Source of the DNA: an uncultured Chloroflexia bacterium
Lineage (GTDB): Bacteria > Chloroflexota > Dehalococcoidia > UBA2979
NCBI GenBank assembly: GCA_963728205.1
Contig: CAVSIV010000001.1
Span: forward strand, 544,001-608,000
Length of the DNA stretch: 64,000 nt
Reading direction: 5' to 3'
Shown piece by piece: positions 49,412 to 59,370 of this stretch (position 1 is the stretch's first letter; the number at the start of each line of letters is the position of its first letter). The notes under the pieces are model-generated. The model was not told where the DNA came from and ran no database searches. It saw only the letters and a list, made by a program, of their open reading frames with translations. Both the position numbers and the translations under genes were made by a program.

Positions 49412-49948
49412 CTACAGTGCCTCCGTCTGCAGTGAGAGGGTGATGGTGGCGGTGCCGTCGCCGCCGAGCTCGCTATGGCCCTGGCGAATCAGGTACGAGC
49501 CGCGCGCTCCGACGTAGCGCCCCGTGCCGCCGACGATGGCGAACTCGTCCTCGCTGTCGAGGCCGTCCCCCGTCCGCCCGAGCCCCATGATTGCGCCGTC
49601 CGGGAGGGTGATGACGTGGTGCTCGAGGCTGGCGAGCGCCCCGAAGCGCTGGCCGGCGTTCATGCTGATGTACGTGCCCGCGAACTCGCCAATCGGCGCC
49701 TCGGCATCCGGGCGCGGGAAGAGCGCACCGGACACGAGCATCCGCTGACCGACCTCGGGCAGCTGCCCGGCCGCCAGCTCGCGGGATTGCACGTGCCAGT
49801 CGCGCCCGTGCAGGACCATCGCGTTCCCTGCCGGCGTCCCCGCGGGTGTCGACGGCGCTCGGTCGAACGCCCCCATCGTGCCGACGCCGACGAGGCCGCC
49901 CGCGAACAGCAGACCGCGCTTGAGTAACGACCGTCTCGATTCCGACAT
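49412..49948 (-). CDS. Tat-signal dirigent/allene-oxide-cyclase-like beta-barrel protein
   Basis: SRRSLLKRGLL twin-arginine leader, LPDGAIMGLG and FAIVGGTGRYVGARG. Confidence 0.75.
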   Translation of the reverse strand: MSESRRSLLKRGLLFAGGLVGVGTMGAFDRAPSTPAGTPAGNAMVLHGRDWHVQSRELAAGQLPEVGQRMLVSGALFPRPDAEAPIGEFAGTYISMNAGQRFGALASLEHHVITLPDGAIMGLGRTGDGLDSEDEFAIVGGTGRYVGARGSYLIRQGHSELGGDGTATITLSLQTEAL

Positions 49949-50034
49949 CTTCTGCCTCGGCTCTCGCGCAAGTACGACCATGGTTCTAGCAGCGTGCGTC
50001 CTGTCGCGGGGCGCCGCAGAATCTCAAGAATTCG

Positions 50035-50295
50035 TCAGAAAACGCGGCGGCGCGCCCGGCGCTCCGCCGGCCGCATCAGCCGCGCGTGCGCGCGGCGGTA
50101 CGCGGCCGACTCCCGGCGCGGGTCGTCCGCGAGGTCGGGCAGCTCGACCAGCGTCATCGCGTCGCGCCAGAAATGGGCGCGCGAGAGGGTGAGCGCGAAG
50201 CAGCCGTCCGCGACGGGTGGAGCGGCTACGACGGCCCCGTCCAGGGCGTCCGCCACACGCGCGGCTACGGCGCCGGCGGCGAGGTGTACCCGTAC
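50035..50295 (-). CDS. Small hypothetical protein
   Basis: GC3-rich reading frame; start uncertain. Confidence 0.35.
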   Translation of the reverse strand, partial: VRVHLAAGAVAARVADALDGAVVAAPPVADGCFALTLSRAHFWRDAMTLVELPDLADDPRRESAAYRRAHARLMRPAERRARRRVF

Positions 50296-50416
50296 ATCTG
50301 GCTGAACGCCCAGCGAGCGAAGCCGACCGCACCGCGCAGGCGGAGCACGGGCCAGGCGGTGCATGGCCCCCTGGCCCGTGCGTGCTTCTCGTGGCCGGCG
50401 GCGCGGCGGCTGCGGC

Positions 50417-52795
50417 TCAGAGCGCGCCCTGCCCCTGCGGGAGCCGATCGACCCAGTCCTCCAGCCCGATCTCCGCGAGCACCTCCCGCGCGTCGCCGCC
50501 CACCGGCGACGCCGCGGCGCCGGCGCGCACGGGCGTGCGCGACAGGCGCGCCGCCGGCCCGGTGGTGGTGACGGTGCCGGCGCCGCGGTGCGCGCGCGTC
50601 AGCGACAGCCCGTGTGCGACCGCCCACGGGTCATCCATGAGTTCGCGCGTGTCGACGACCACCGCGTGCGCGCCGATGCCGGCGGCGACCAGCCGCGGCA
50701 CCCACGCCGCCACCGGCGCGGCGGCGAAGCGCGCCTCGAGCGCGGCCGAGAGCGCGTCGCCGCGCAGCGCGACGTCGAGCCCGCGCATGCCCTCCACGCC
50801 GGCCAGCGCCGGCAGGTCCGCCTCCCGCGCGCCGACGAAGAGCCAGCCGTCGCTCGCGGCGTATCCGCGGTGCAGCGGCCCGGCGCCGACGGCGTCCGTG
50901 CCGCGCGGCTCGTCCCAGGTCTTGCCGGCGAAGTCGAGCATGAACGGCGACTGCAGCACGGTGGCCGTGTAGGCGAGGGCGGCGTCGACGTGCTGGCCCT
51001 GGCCGGTGGCGCGGCGGTGCAGGAGGGCGAGTGCCGTGGCGTACGCGCCGAGGTAGCCCGTCCCGTAGTCGTTCACCGCGTAGTTCTGCAGCCGCGGCTG
51101 GCCGTCGCCGCCGAAGCGCTCCTGCATGCCGGTCGCGGCCTGCGCGATCTGCTCGTGCCCGGCGCGCTCCGCGAACGGGCCGATCTGGCCGTACGTGTTG
51201 ATCGACGTGTAGATGATGTCGGGCCGCCGCGCGCGCACCTGCTCGTACCCGACGCCGAGGTGCTCCGCGACGCCCTTGCGGAAGTTCTGCACGACGACGT
51301 CGGCGCGATCGACGAGACGCCAGAACACCTCGAGCCCCTCCGGCTCGGCGAGATTGAGCAGGATGTCGCGCTTCCCGCGGTTCACGTCGAGGTGGAAGGT
51401 GTCGTTGGGCGGGCGCATCGGCGGCTGGATCTTCACGACGTCGGCGCCGTACTCGGCGAGGGTGCGGCCGCACGTGGGGCCGGCGAGCACCATGCAGAGG
51501 TCGAGGACGCGCACCCCGTCGAGCGCGGCCCGCATCGTCGCGTCCGCGCCGGCGGCGCCGTTCGCTCCGTTGGTCGCGCTCGCGCCGCGGCGAGCGGCGC
51601 GCATGCCGCTTTCTGCCGGCGATGGAGACGCGGCAGACGTGGCGCCAGCAGCGGGCGTTACGCCCGCCGCTCGCCGCGGCGCGGAAGCGTCGTCGAGCTC
51701 CGCGAGGATCGCGTCGCGGTCGGCATCCGGCTGCGACGCGGGCCCCTTGATGCGTGGCGGCGTGAGCGACAACCGTGCCGGCACGCCGGGCTGCCGGACG
51801 CGGCCCAGCCGTGGGTCGTCGAGCTCGACGATCGTCTCCGATGCGACCGCGTGCGGGTGCGTGAGCCACTCGGCGCTCGGCCGGCACACCGCGCACTCGC
51901 CGCCGGCGTCGGCGACGAGCGCCTCCCACTGGTCCGCGGTGCGCGTCTTGAAGAGCGCGCGCGCACGCTCGCCGAGCTCGCGCACGAGCTCTGGGTCGGC
52001 CGCGAGGCGGTCGCGGTCGAGCATGCCCTCGGCGATCCACCCGCCGACGCCGGCCGCCTCGAGCACTGCCTCCGTGCGCTTGTTGCCCGTGTGGAACATC
52101 ACCCAACGGCCGTCGGCGCACTCGAACTGCGTGGTGAGCGAGAGCGCGCCGAGTGGGAACCCGCGCTCCGGCGCGTCGTGGATGCGCAGGCCGTTGTAGC
52201 CGATGGCGCCGAACATCGCGTCGAACAGCGGCACCTCGATGCGCTGCCCGGCTCCGTCCCGGTCGCGCGCGACGAGCGCCATCGCGACCGCGACGGCCGC
52301 CTGGATGGCGGCGTACGTCGAGGCGACCGGCACCGCGGTGTAGAGCGGTGGCCCCGGCTCTCGTCCGGTGCGGTTGCGGCGGTAGAGGCCGGACGCCGCG
52401 GAGACGACACCCTCCCACGCGCGCGTCCCGGCGCGCGGGTCGTCAGCCGCGAAGCCCGGCAGCGAGCAGTAGACGAGCCGCGGGTCCGCGGCGCACAGCG
52501 CTTCGGCCCCGAGCCCGAAGCGGTCCATCACGCCCGGCCGGAAGTTCTCGACGACCACGTCGGCCGACGCCACGAGCCGGCGCGCGAGGTCGCGGTCGGT
52601 GTCGCGCGCGAGGTCGAGCACGATCGACCGCTTGCCGCGATTGAACGCCGCATTGGCCGGCGCGTCCCACCGCGGGCCGCCCGGCGGGTCGACACGGACG
52701 ACGTCGGCACCCTGATCGCCGAGCAGCTGCGCGGCGAGCGGCCCGGCGATGTACTGGCCGAAGTCGATGACGCGAACGCCGTCGAGCGCACCCAT
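50417..52795 (-). CDS. Tandem double-domain CoA-transferase family III (CaiB/BaiF)
   Basis: Two copies of ALDGVRV[IL]D...AGP....L...GADVV, NRGKR and ADVVV[EQ]NFR joined by an Ala-rich linker. GGAGGAGG RBS. Confidence 0.92.
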   Translation of the reverse strand: MGALDGVRVIDFGQYIAGPLAAQLLGDQGADVVRVDPPGGPRWDAPANAAFNRGKRSIVLDLARDTDRDLARRLVASADVVVENFRPGVMDRFGLGAEALCAADPRLVYCSLPGFAADDPRAGTRAWEGVVSAASGLYRRNRTGREPGPPLYTAVPVASTYAAIQAAVAVAMALVARDRDGAGQRIEVPLFDAMFGAIGYNGLRIHDAPERGFPLGALSLTTQFECADGRWVMFHTGNKRTEAVLEAAGVGGWIAEGMLDRDRLAADPELVRELGERARALFKTRTADQWEALVADAGGECAVCRPSAEWLTHPHAVASETIVELDDPRLGRVRQPGVPARLSLTPPRIKGPASQPDADRDAILAELDDASAPRRAAGVTPAAGATSAASPSPAESGMRAARRGASATNGANGAAGADATMRAALDGVRVLDLCMVLAGPTCGRTLAEYGADVVKIQPPMRPPNDTFHLDVNRGKRDILLNLAEPEGLEVFWRLVDRADVVVQNFRKGVAEHLGVGYEQVRARRPDIIYTSINTYGQIGPFAERAGHEQIAQAATGMQERFGGDGQPRLQNYAVNDYGTGYLGAYATALALLHRRATGQGQHVDAALAYTATVLQSPFMLDFAGKTWDEPRGTDAVGAGPLHRGYAASDGWLFVGAREADLPALAGVEGMRGLDVALRGDALSAALEARFAAAPVAAWVPRLVAAGIGAHAVVVDTRELMDDPWAVAHGLSLTRAHRGAGTVTTTGPAARLSRTPVRAGAAASPVGGDAREVLAEIGLEDWVDRLPQGQGAL

Positions 52796-53038
52796 GGCGA
52801 CCTCCTCCATCCACACGCGGCCGCGGCATCATAGCGAGCCCGCGGCGACGGATTCGCCTCCGCGGCCGCGAACGGGGCGGTGGCGCGCGGCCGCGCGGGC
52901 TCCTCATCCGGCTGACGCCGAGCCGTTCGCCGTAATCGGTTGCAAGCAGGCTGCAACGGAAGTCTGCGCGCTGTGACGCGTCTCTCCCGGCGGCCCGCCT
53001 ACGCTCGGCGCGCCAGATCACCGGGAGGAGGCGGCATC

Positions 53039-53386
53039 ATGCACGCCACAATCGGAGCACTCGCACGGCGCCGGCACAGCCCACGGCCCGATCGGGCGCA
53101 TGCTCGCGCGGTGACCGCGCCGGGCGCGGCGCCGTCCCGCGCGCCGGCCACGCCCGCGTTCGAAGAGCTGTCCGAGATCGTCCGTGCGGCCGGCGGTCCG
53201 CTCGACGCGCTCGACCTGATCAGCGTCGCCGCGTCGACCGCCGGGCCGCCGTCACTGCATCTCGAGGTTGCGTTCGCGCCGGCCGGGACGATGCCCGCGG
53301 ACGGGCTGCGGCGCGACATCGAGTTCCGTGTCCGGGCGGTGCTCCCGCACGCCAGAGTCGGCGTCTCCCTGGTTCGCGCCCCGTAG
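53039..53386 (+). CDS. Hypothetical protein (weak NifU-C-like pattern, no Cys)
   Basis: GGAGGAGG RBS; ELSEIVRAAGG..LDLISV...MP..GLRRDIEFRVRAVLP. Confidence 0.5.
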   Translation: MHATIGALARRRHSPRPDRAHARAVTAPGAAPSRAPATPAFEELSEIVRAAGGPLDALDLISVAASTAGPPSLHLEVAFAPAGTMPADGLRRDIEFRVRAVLPHARVGVSLVRAP

Positions 53387-53502
53387 GCCTGACCGGGACA
53401 TCCCATGGGTCCGACTTCCGACAGGCCGCAAGCACTCTGCGATGCGCCCGCCCGAGATCACGATGCGCGTGTCGCGGCCCGCCGCGTATGCTCGGGATCG
53501 CT

Positions 53503-53554
53503 CCGGCGGCGGCGCCCAAGGGGTCCCAACCCCAGCCGGTTCAACCGCCGCCGG
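53503..53554. terminator. Inverted repeat between convergent genes
   Basis: Perfect CCGGCGGCGG/CCGCCGCCGG stem with an inner GGGG/CCCC hairpin, between stops at 53386 (+) and 53566 (-). Confidence 0.4.
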
Positions 53555-53565
53555 GGTTCCCACGC

Positions 53566-53979
53566 TCAGTCCGGCAGACGCCGCTGGTGATCATGCGGGG
53601 CTCCGTTGCCGGGGCGCCGGTGGTCGGCCATGCAGCGCCGGAGCTCGTCGCAGAGCGCCGCGATATCGAAGGGCTTGCGCAGCGAGCCATCCGCGTGCAG
53701 TTCGTAGCATGCCTGCGCCGCGTCGTCCGCCGACACGATCAGCACCGGCGACTCGACGTGCCGCGCGCGCATCTCCCGATAGAACGCGCGACCGTCCATG
53801 ATCGGCAGGTGCAGGTCCAGAATGATCGCCGACGGCTCCGGCCCGCGCTCGAGCTCGTCGAGCGCCGCCCGGCCGTTCTCCGCCGATACCGACACGTAGC
53901 CTTCATCGGCAAGAACATCGCGCATCAACTGTGACACGGATGGGTCGTCCTCGACGATCAGGATCATCTCGCGAGTCAT
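53566..53979 (-). CDS. Stand-alone response regulator receiver (CheY-like)
   Basis: ILIVEDD, IILDLHLPIMDG, VLIVSA and LRKPFD. Confidence 0.92.
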   Translation of the reverse strand: MTREMILIVEDDPSVSQLMRDVLADEGYVSVSAENGRAALDELERGPEPSAIILDLHLPIMDGRAFYREMRARHVESPVLIVSADDAAQACYELHADGSLRKPFDIAALCDELRRCMADHRRPGNGAPHDHQRRLPD

Positions 53980-54135
53980 GAGTCATCCCGTAATTCCCCG
54001 CCAGCGATCCACGTTCGCTCGCGATAGGTCCATCTCGCATACATCGTGCGCGGAAGGACGTCGCGGACCTATCGCGATTTGCCGGTTCATGATTTACATA
54101 ACATCGTGTTCTGGCCGGCGACGGCCGGATTCGCC

Positions 54136-54936
54136 TCAGGCGGGGAGGCCCTGCCAGGTGCGCCGGCCGTCGACCATCGCGAATCTGCCCAGGCTCGGGA
54201 CGGGGTGGCTGATAGCGAGCAGCGCATCGGTGCCGTCAATTTGCCCTGCCAGCGCGCGCCGCGTGCGCACCGTCGCCTCGTGGTCGTCGTCCCAGGTCGT
54301 CGCCCAGTCGGGCTCCGCGATGTCGATCGCGCTGATGAAGGCGTCGCCCAGCACGTAACCGCGCTCCCCTTGCGACGAGACGACGAGCGCGGTGTGGCCG
54401 GCGGTGTGGCCGGGCGCGGCGAGCGTGGTGATCGACGGCGTCACCGCGTGATGTCCGTCGACGAGCTCGAGCACGCCCAGCGTCGCCAGCGGCGCGACGT
54501 CGCGACTGAAGGTGCGCGGCGGGCGCGGCTCGCGGTTGTTCAGGACGTCCCAGTCGATGCGCGGCACGAGGTAGCGGGCGCGAGGGAACGTCGGCCGGCC
54601 GGTCTCGCGGTCGACGTTCCAGCCGGTGTGGTCCCAGTGCAGGTGCGTGAACACGACGGTGTCGACGTCGCCGGGCGTGGCGCCGGCCGCGCTCAGCTCG
54701 CGCAGGAGCGCGCTGTCGCGCTCGGGGCCGCCGCCCGTGTCGATGAGCACGGTGCGTCCGTCCGCGTGGAGCAGGAACGCGGAGAAGTTGATCGCGAAGC
54801 GGCCCTCGGCGTCGAGCAGGTCGGCGTAGCGTGCGAGGCCGTCGCCGGCGGACGCGTAGATCTGCGCGGCCGGCGGGCCGCCGGTGAGGTCGAGCAGTGC
54901 CGCGATCTCGACGTCGCCGATGTGCGCGCGTTGCAT
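54136..54936 (-). CDS. MBL-fold metallo-hydrolase (AHL-lactonase-like)
   Basis: LIDTG, THLHWDHTGW, PGHTAGH and GDA. Confidence 0.92.
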   Translation of the reverse strand: MQRAHIGDVEIAALLDLTGGPPAAQIYASAGDGLARYADLLDAEGRFAINFSAFLLHADGRTVLIDTGGGPERDSALLRELSAAGATPGDVDTVVFTHLHWDHTGWNVDRETGRPTFPRARYLVPRIDWDVLNNREPRPPRTFSRDVAPLATLGVLELVDGHHAVTPSITTLAAPGHTAGHTALVVSSQGERGYVLGDAFISAIDIAEPDWATTWDDDHEATVRTRRALAGQIDGTDALLAISHPVPSLGRFAMVDGRRTWQGLPA

Positions 54937-55059
54937 GAGTTGCCTCCCCGGCACAGCCGGGGCCGGCGCCCCGGGCGGGGCGCAGCTTCGCAGAACGCGG
55001 CGGGGGACGCGACTCGCGCCGCCCCGCCGCGCACCGGCGCGAGTGACCGCGGGGGCGCG

Positions 55060-55357
55060 CTACGAGGTGCCGTTCTGGGGCGGCGTCTCCTTGGGCCGGA
55101 TCGTGAGCTGGTCCTGCTCGCGCGCCCGTCACGGTCAGCACGGCGTCGCCGAGGCGCTCGTCGATCGACGGCTCCACCAGCAGGACGTCGCGCTGGTCGT
55201 TCGCGATCACGCGGTCGCCGACGTGCTGCTGATCGACCATCAGCGCGAGCTCGCCCTCGTCGGTGGCCGCGAGCCGAATGCACTGCTCCGCGTCCGCACC
55301 GCTCTCCTCGAGGATCCCGGCAAGCCGGTCGATCGCTCCGCTGCTGACTTCGAGCAT
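55060..55357 (-). CDS. HesB/IscA-like small protein lacking the Cys ligands (apparent +1 frameshift ~55120)
   Basis: MLEVSSGAIDRLAGIL...CIRLA...LALMVDQQHVGDRVI...VLLVEPSIDERLGDAVLTV. The shifted frame ends EQDQLTIRPKETPPQNGTS-TAG. Confidence 0.65.
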
Positions 55358-55485
55358 CTGGTGCCTCCATTCCGCGACGCGCGAAGGGGCGCGCGCCGCC
55401 GCGACGGGTGCGCGCGATGCGCAGGACACCCGTTCATCCACCGTATCGCCGCGCGCAAACGCGGCCATGGCGGAGCGCTCGGCGA

Positions 55486-57009
55486 CTAGCGGTAGAGGCT
55501 GAGGTCGCCGCGCCAGGCGAGCCGCTCGGCGCTGCGCGGGTCGTCCTCCACGCGGCAGGGCACGTCGAACACCATCGTCGCCCGACGCTCGGGGTCCCAC
55601 GCCGGCCACGGCGGCAGGCCCTCGCGGTTCGGGTCGGCGTTGCGCGCGAAGTCCGCCCATGCCCGCGACATCACCGCCGCCAGCGCGAACTTGTCGTCGC
55701 GCTCGCCGGTCATTGGCGCGATCGCGGTGTTGTCGAAGACGAACGGGATCTCCATCGCGTGGGCGGCCTTGAACAGCCCGCCGAGGAAGTCGCTCTCCCA
55801 CGTGAAGAAGTACATGTAGGTGGGCGCGGCGCCGGCGGCGGCGCGCAGCTCTGCGACGCGGTTCGCCGCGAGCCGCCGCGCCTCGCTGGAGATGCCGACC
55901 CAGAGGTCCCACGGCGTGTCGTCGGGCCGGTGCTCGCGATAGACCGCGAGGATCTCCTGCCAGCGGTCGCCGAGCATCTTCTGCAGCTCGTCGTGCAGCT
56001 CCGCCTCGGTCAGCTTGCGACGCTTCGGGTGGCGCGCCATGAACAGCGCCATCTCGTCCTTGTTCGTCCCGAGCAGCAGCGGCACGCCGAGCGACGGCGG
56101 GGCCGGCGCGTCCACGTGCGGGTGGTAGGGGAAGTACGTCGAATCGATGGTCGGCGCGCACTGGAATCCGTCGAATTCTTTCTGCGCGCGGGCGTACGCC
56201 GCGGTAAGCGCGTCCATCGGCATTGCCTGCAGGCCCGCGACGTCGCCCTCGGCGAGGCCGGCGGTCCGGATCAGGCAGCGCGCGAAGTCGGTGGCCTTTG
56301 CCGGGTCGGTCGCGTTGAGCATCACGCTGCTCTGCACGATTGCGCGGTGGAAGAGGCCCTCGGCCGACGGCATCGCGAGCAGCGCGCACACCTTCCGGCC
56401 GCCGCCCGACTCCCCGAAGATCGTGACGTTGCCCGGGTCTCCCCCGAATGCCGCGATGTGCTCGCGCACCCAGCGCAGCGCCTCCACGCAGTCGAGCATC
56501 CCCGCCACGCCAGAGCCCGCGAAGGCGTCGCCGGCGAGGTCGGCGAGGTGCAGGTAGCCGAAGACGTTCAGCCGGTGGTTGATGGTCACGACCACGACGT
56601 CGCCGCGGGTGGCGAGCCGCGTGCCGTCGTACCAGCCCTCGGAGCCGGCGCCCTCGGCGAAGCCTCGGCCGTGCAGCCAGACCATCACGGGGCGGCGCGC
56701 GTCGTCGCTCGCGGGCGTCCAGATGTTGAGCACGAGGCAGTCCTCGCCCGGCTCCACCTGCGGCATCGGGCCGACGGTCCGCGAGTCGCCGAGGCTGCCC
56801 TCGACCAGCGAGCCCCGCTGCGGCGAGATGTGGCCGTGGCGCGTGGCGTCGAACGCGCCGCTCCACGGCGCCGCCGGCTGAGGCGGCAGGAAGCGGCCGC
56901 CGGCGGTCGTGGCGCCATACGGCACGCCGAGGAAGACCTCGACCCCGTCGCGTGCGACGCCGCGCACGGCGCCCAGCCCGGTCTGCACGATCCGCTCGTC
57001 GTCCGCCAT
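55486..57009 (-). CDS. Carboxylesterase type B (para-nitrobenzyl esterase-like)
   Basis: FLGVPYG, EDCLVLNIWTP, FGGDPGNVTIFGESGGG, GTNKDE and AAHAMEIPFVF. Confidence 0.95.
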   Translation of the reverse strand: MADDERIVQTGLGAVRGVARDGVEVFLGVPYGATTAGGRFLPPQPAAPWSGAFDATRHGHISPQRGSLVEGSLGDSRTVGPMPQVEPGEDCLVLNIWTPASDDARRPVMVWLHGRGFAEGAGSEGWYDGTRLATRGDVVVVTINHRLNVFGYLHLADLAGDAFAGSGVAGMLDCVEALRWVREHIAAFGGDPGNVTIFGESGGGRKVCALLAMPSAEGLFHRAIVQSSVMLNATDPAKATDFARCLIRTAGLAEGDVAGLQAMPMDALTAAYARAQKEFDGFQCAPTIDSTYFPYHPHVDAPAPPSLGVPLLLGTNKDEMALFMARHPKRRKLTEAELHDELQKMLGDRWQEILAVYREHRPDDTPWDLWVGISSEARRLAANRVAELRAAAGAAPTYMYFFTWESDFLGGLFKAAHAMEIPFVFDNTAIAPMTGERDDKFALAAVMSRAWADFARNADPNREGLPPWPAWDPERRATMVFDVPCRVEDDPRSAERLAWRGDLSLYR

Positions 57010-57257
57010 GACGCACCCCCTCGGCGCTCCGTCCGCCGGCACGCTAGCACAGCGCGTACGCTTCGAGCGGCGCGTGATCACCGTGCCGCTCGTCACCCCG
57101 CACCACCCCGCTTCGTCTCCGCCCGCGTGTCCCGGCCGCCCCGCCGCCGGGCCTCTTGACGATGTGCCCGCGGCAGGGGAATGTGCGCCGACTCGCTCGC
57201 GCGAGGAGGGTTGAAGCGGTCGCCGCAGAGCGGCCGCGGGGGTCGGAAGGAAGGATC

Positions 57258-57842
57258 GTGGACGGGTATCGCATCGCGCTGTTCGTGCATCTGCTGTCGC
57301 TGCTCGTGGCGACGGCCGCGGCGGGCATCACGCACCTTGCCGAGCGCCGGCTCCACGGCGCCACCACCGCGGCCGAGGCCCGGCAGTGGCACGGCATCGT
57401 GATGGGTACGGCACAGGTGTTCCCCGTCGCGGTGGTGGGCCTCGTGCTCAGCGGCGCCTACATGGTCCATCGCGCCTGGACGTGGAACACCGGGTTCGTC
57501 GACGCCGGGCTGCTGGCGGCCGTGCTCCTGATGGTCAGCGGCATCGTTCTCGGGCGCCGGGGTACCGCCGCGAAGGCCGAGTTCGAGCGCGTCGGCGCGG
57601 GTCCGCTCGACGCGCGCGCGCAGGCGGCCGCCCGCGATGGCTTCGCGGAGGCGCTCTCCTGGGCGAACACGATGCTCGCCCTCGCCGTGGTGTTCGTGAT
57701 GGTGACGAAGCCCGCGCTGCCCGGGGCACTCGCGGAGCTCGTGCTCGGCGTCCTCGCCGGCGTGGCCATCGCGCGCCTCGGCGCGCGGGAGCCGCAGGTC
57801 GGCCTCGGCCCGGACGCGTCGTTCGAGCTCGAGGAGGCCTAG
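57258..57842 (+). CDS. DUF2269-like membrane protein
   Basis: LFVHLL, several TM helices and VFVMVTKP. Confidence 0.75.
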   Translation: MDGYRIALFVHLLSLLVATAAAGITHLAERRLHGATTAAEARQWHGIVMGTAQVFPVAVVGLVLSGAYMVHRAWTWNTGFVDAGLLAAVLLMVSGIVLGRRGTAAKAEFERVGAGPLDARAQAAARDGFAEALSWANTMLALAVVFVMVTKPALPGALAELVLGVLAGVAIARLGAREPQVGLGPDASFELEEA

Positions 57843-58012
57843 CCGCACCCACGGGCCTGGTTCGAGCGGCGCTCGCAGCAAGCGCCGCTCGCCGGTCCCG
57901 CTGCCGCGCCACGCCACTCGCTCCGCATGCGGCCGCCGCTCGCCCGCACGTGGGCGCTGCGTATACTGCGCGCTCGCGGGAGTACGTCCGCCAGTCGCCG
58001 GGGAGGGTGCGC

Positions 58013-59203
58013 ATGACCACGCCGCTCGAGGGAATCAAGGTCGTCGATCTGTCCCGGCTCGCCCCGGGCCCCTATTGCTCGATGCTCCTCGGCGACCTCG
58101 GCGCGGACGTCCTGCTGGTGGAGGCGCCGGCCGGCGCGATCCAGGGCGGCTTCGGCGGGGGCGGCGGCGACGACGCGGCCGCGCAGCGCCGCCGCGCGCA
58201 CAACGCGCTCGCCCGCAACAAGCGCTCGATCGTCGTGAACCTCAAGGAGGAGGCGGGGCGGCACATCGTGCGGCAGCTGGCCGCCGACGCCGACGTCTTC
58301 CTCGAGGGCTTCCGCCCCGGCGTGACCGAGCGGCTCGGCGTCGGCTACGACCAGATCCGCCACGCGAACCCGCGCATCGTCTACTGCTCGCTGTCCGGCT
58401 ACGGCCAGAGCGGCCCGTATCACGACATGGTCGGGCACGACATCAACTACATCTCGGTCGGCGGCGCGCTGGCCGGCATCGGCCGGCCCGAGGCGAAGCC
58501 GTCCATCCCCTACAACACCATCGCCGACTTCGCCGGCGGCGGGCTGATGTCGGCCTTCGCGATCCTCGCGGCGCTGATCGCGCGCGATCGCACCGGCAAG
58601 GGCCAGTACGTCGACATGGCGATGTCCGACGGCGTGCTCTACCTGCTCGCGAGCCAGACGGGCGGCGTGCTGGCCGGCGGCGATCCGCCGCGGCCCGGCG
58701 CGCGCGGACTCGGGGGCGGGTCGCCGCACTACGACGTCTACGAGTGCGCCGACGGCAAGTACGTCTCGCTCGGCTCGCTCGAGCCGCAGTTCTGGGCGGC
58801 GCTGTGCGACGTTGCCGGCCGTCCGGACATGAAGGCGCACGAGTTCGACGGCGAGGGCCACCAGGAGTTCGCCGAGCATCTCACGCGCATGTTCAAGACG
58901 AAGACGCGCGACGAGTGGTTCAAGGAGCTGCGCGGCATCGAGCTGTGCGTGGCGCCGGTGCTCGACGTCGCCGAGGCGCTGGCGAACGAGCACAACCGCG
59001 CGCGGCAGATGGTCGTCGACGTGAACGATCCGCAGGTGGGCGTGGTACGCCAGGTCGGCATCGGCCCGAAGTTCTCGGAGACGCCGGGCCGCGTGCGCAC
59101 GACCGCGCCGGCGCCCGGTCAGCACACCGACGCGGTGCTGAAGTCGATCGGTTACGCGGCCGCGGACATCGCGAGCCTGCGCGAGCGCGGCGTCATCGGG
59201 TAG
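58013..59203 (+). CDS. CoA-transferase family III (alpha-methylacyl-CoA racemase-like)
   Basis: PLEGIKVVDLSRLAPGPY, RNKRS, EGFRPGV, GHDINY and ADFAGGG. Confidence 0.95.
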   Translation: MTTPLEGIKVVDLSRLAPGPYCSMLLGDLGADVLLVEAPAGAIQGGFGGGGGDDAAAQRRRAHNALARNKRSIVVNLKEEAGRHIVRQLAADADVFLEGFRPGVTERLGVGYDQIRHANPRIVYCSLSGYGQSGPYHDMVGHDINYISVGGALAGIGRPEAKPSIPYNTIADFAGGGLMSAFAILAALIARDRTGKGQYVDMAMSDGVLYLLASQTGGVLAGGDPPRPGARGLGGGSPHYDVYECADGKYVSLGSLEPQFWAALCDVAGRPDMKAHEFDGEGHQEFAEHLTRMFKTKTRDEWFKELRGIELCVAPVLDVAEALANEHNRARQMVVDVNDPQVGVVRQVGIGPKFSETPGRVRTTAPAPGQHTDAVLKSIGYAAADIASLRERGVIG

Positions 59204-59370
59204 GAGAGCTTCGCCGCCGTCGCCGCGCGTTCCCGCTCGACCGGCGTCGAGCGGCAGCCCGGGAGGGTGCCGATCCCTCCCCCAACCGGAGGTGCCCGCG
59301 CACCCGTGCGGCACGCATCGGCGCTCTGCCAACCGCCGCTCGACGCCAGTCGAGCGCCTCCGCCGTCGCC

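Noticed and set aside
54236-57016. 926-aa minus-strand ORF
   Set aside because: It is a chimeric frame. Only the ~80-aa HesB-like stretch from 55357 looks real; the rest is out of frame over the esterase and MBL genes.
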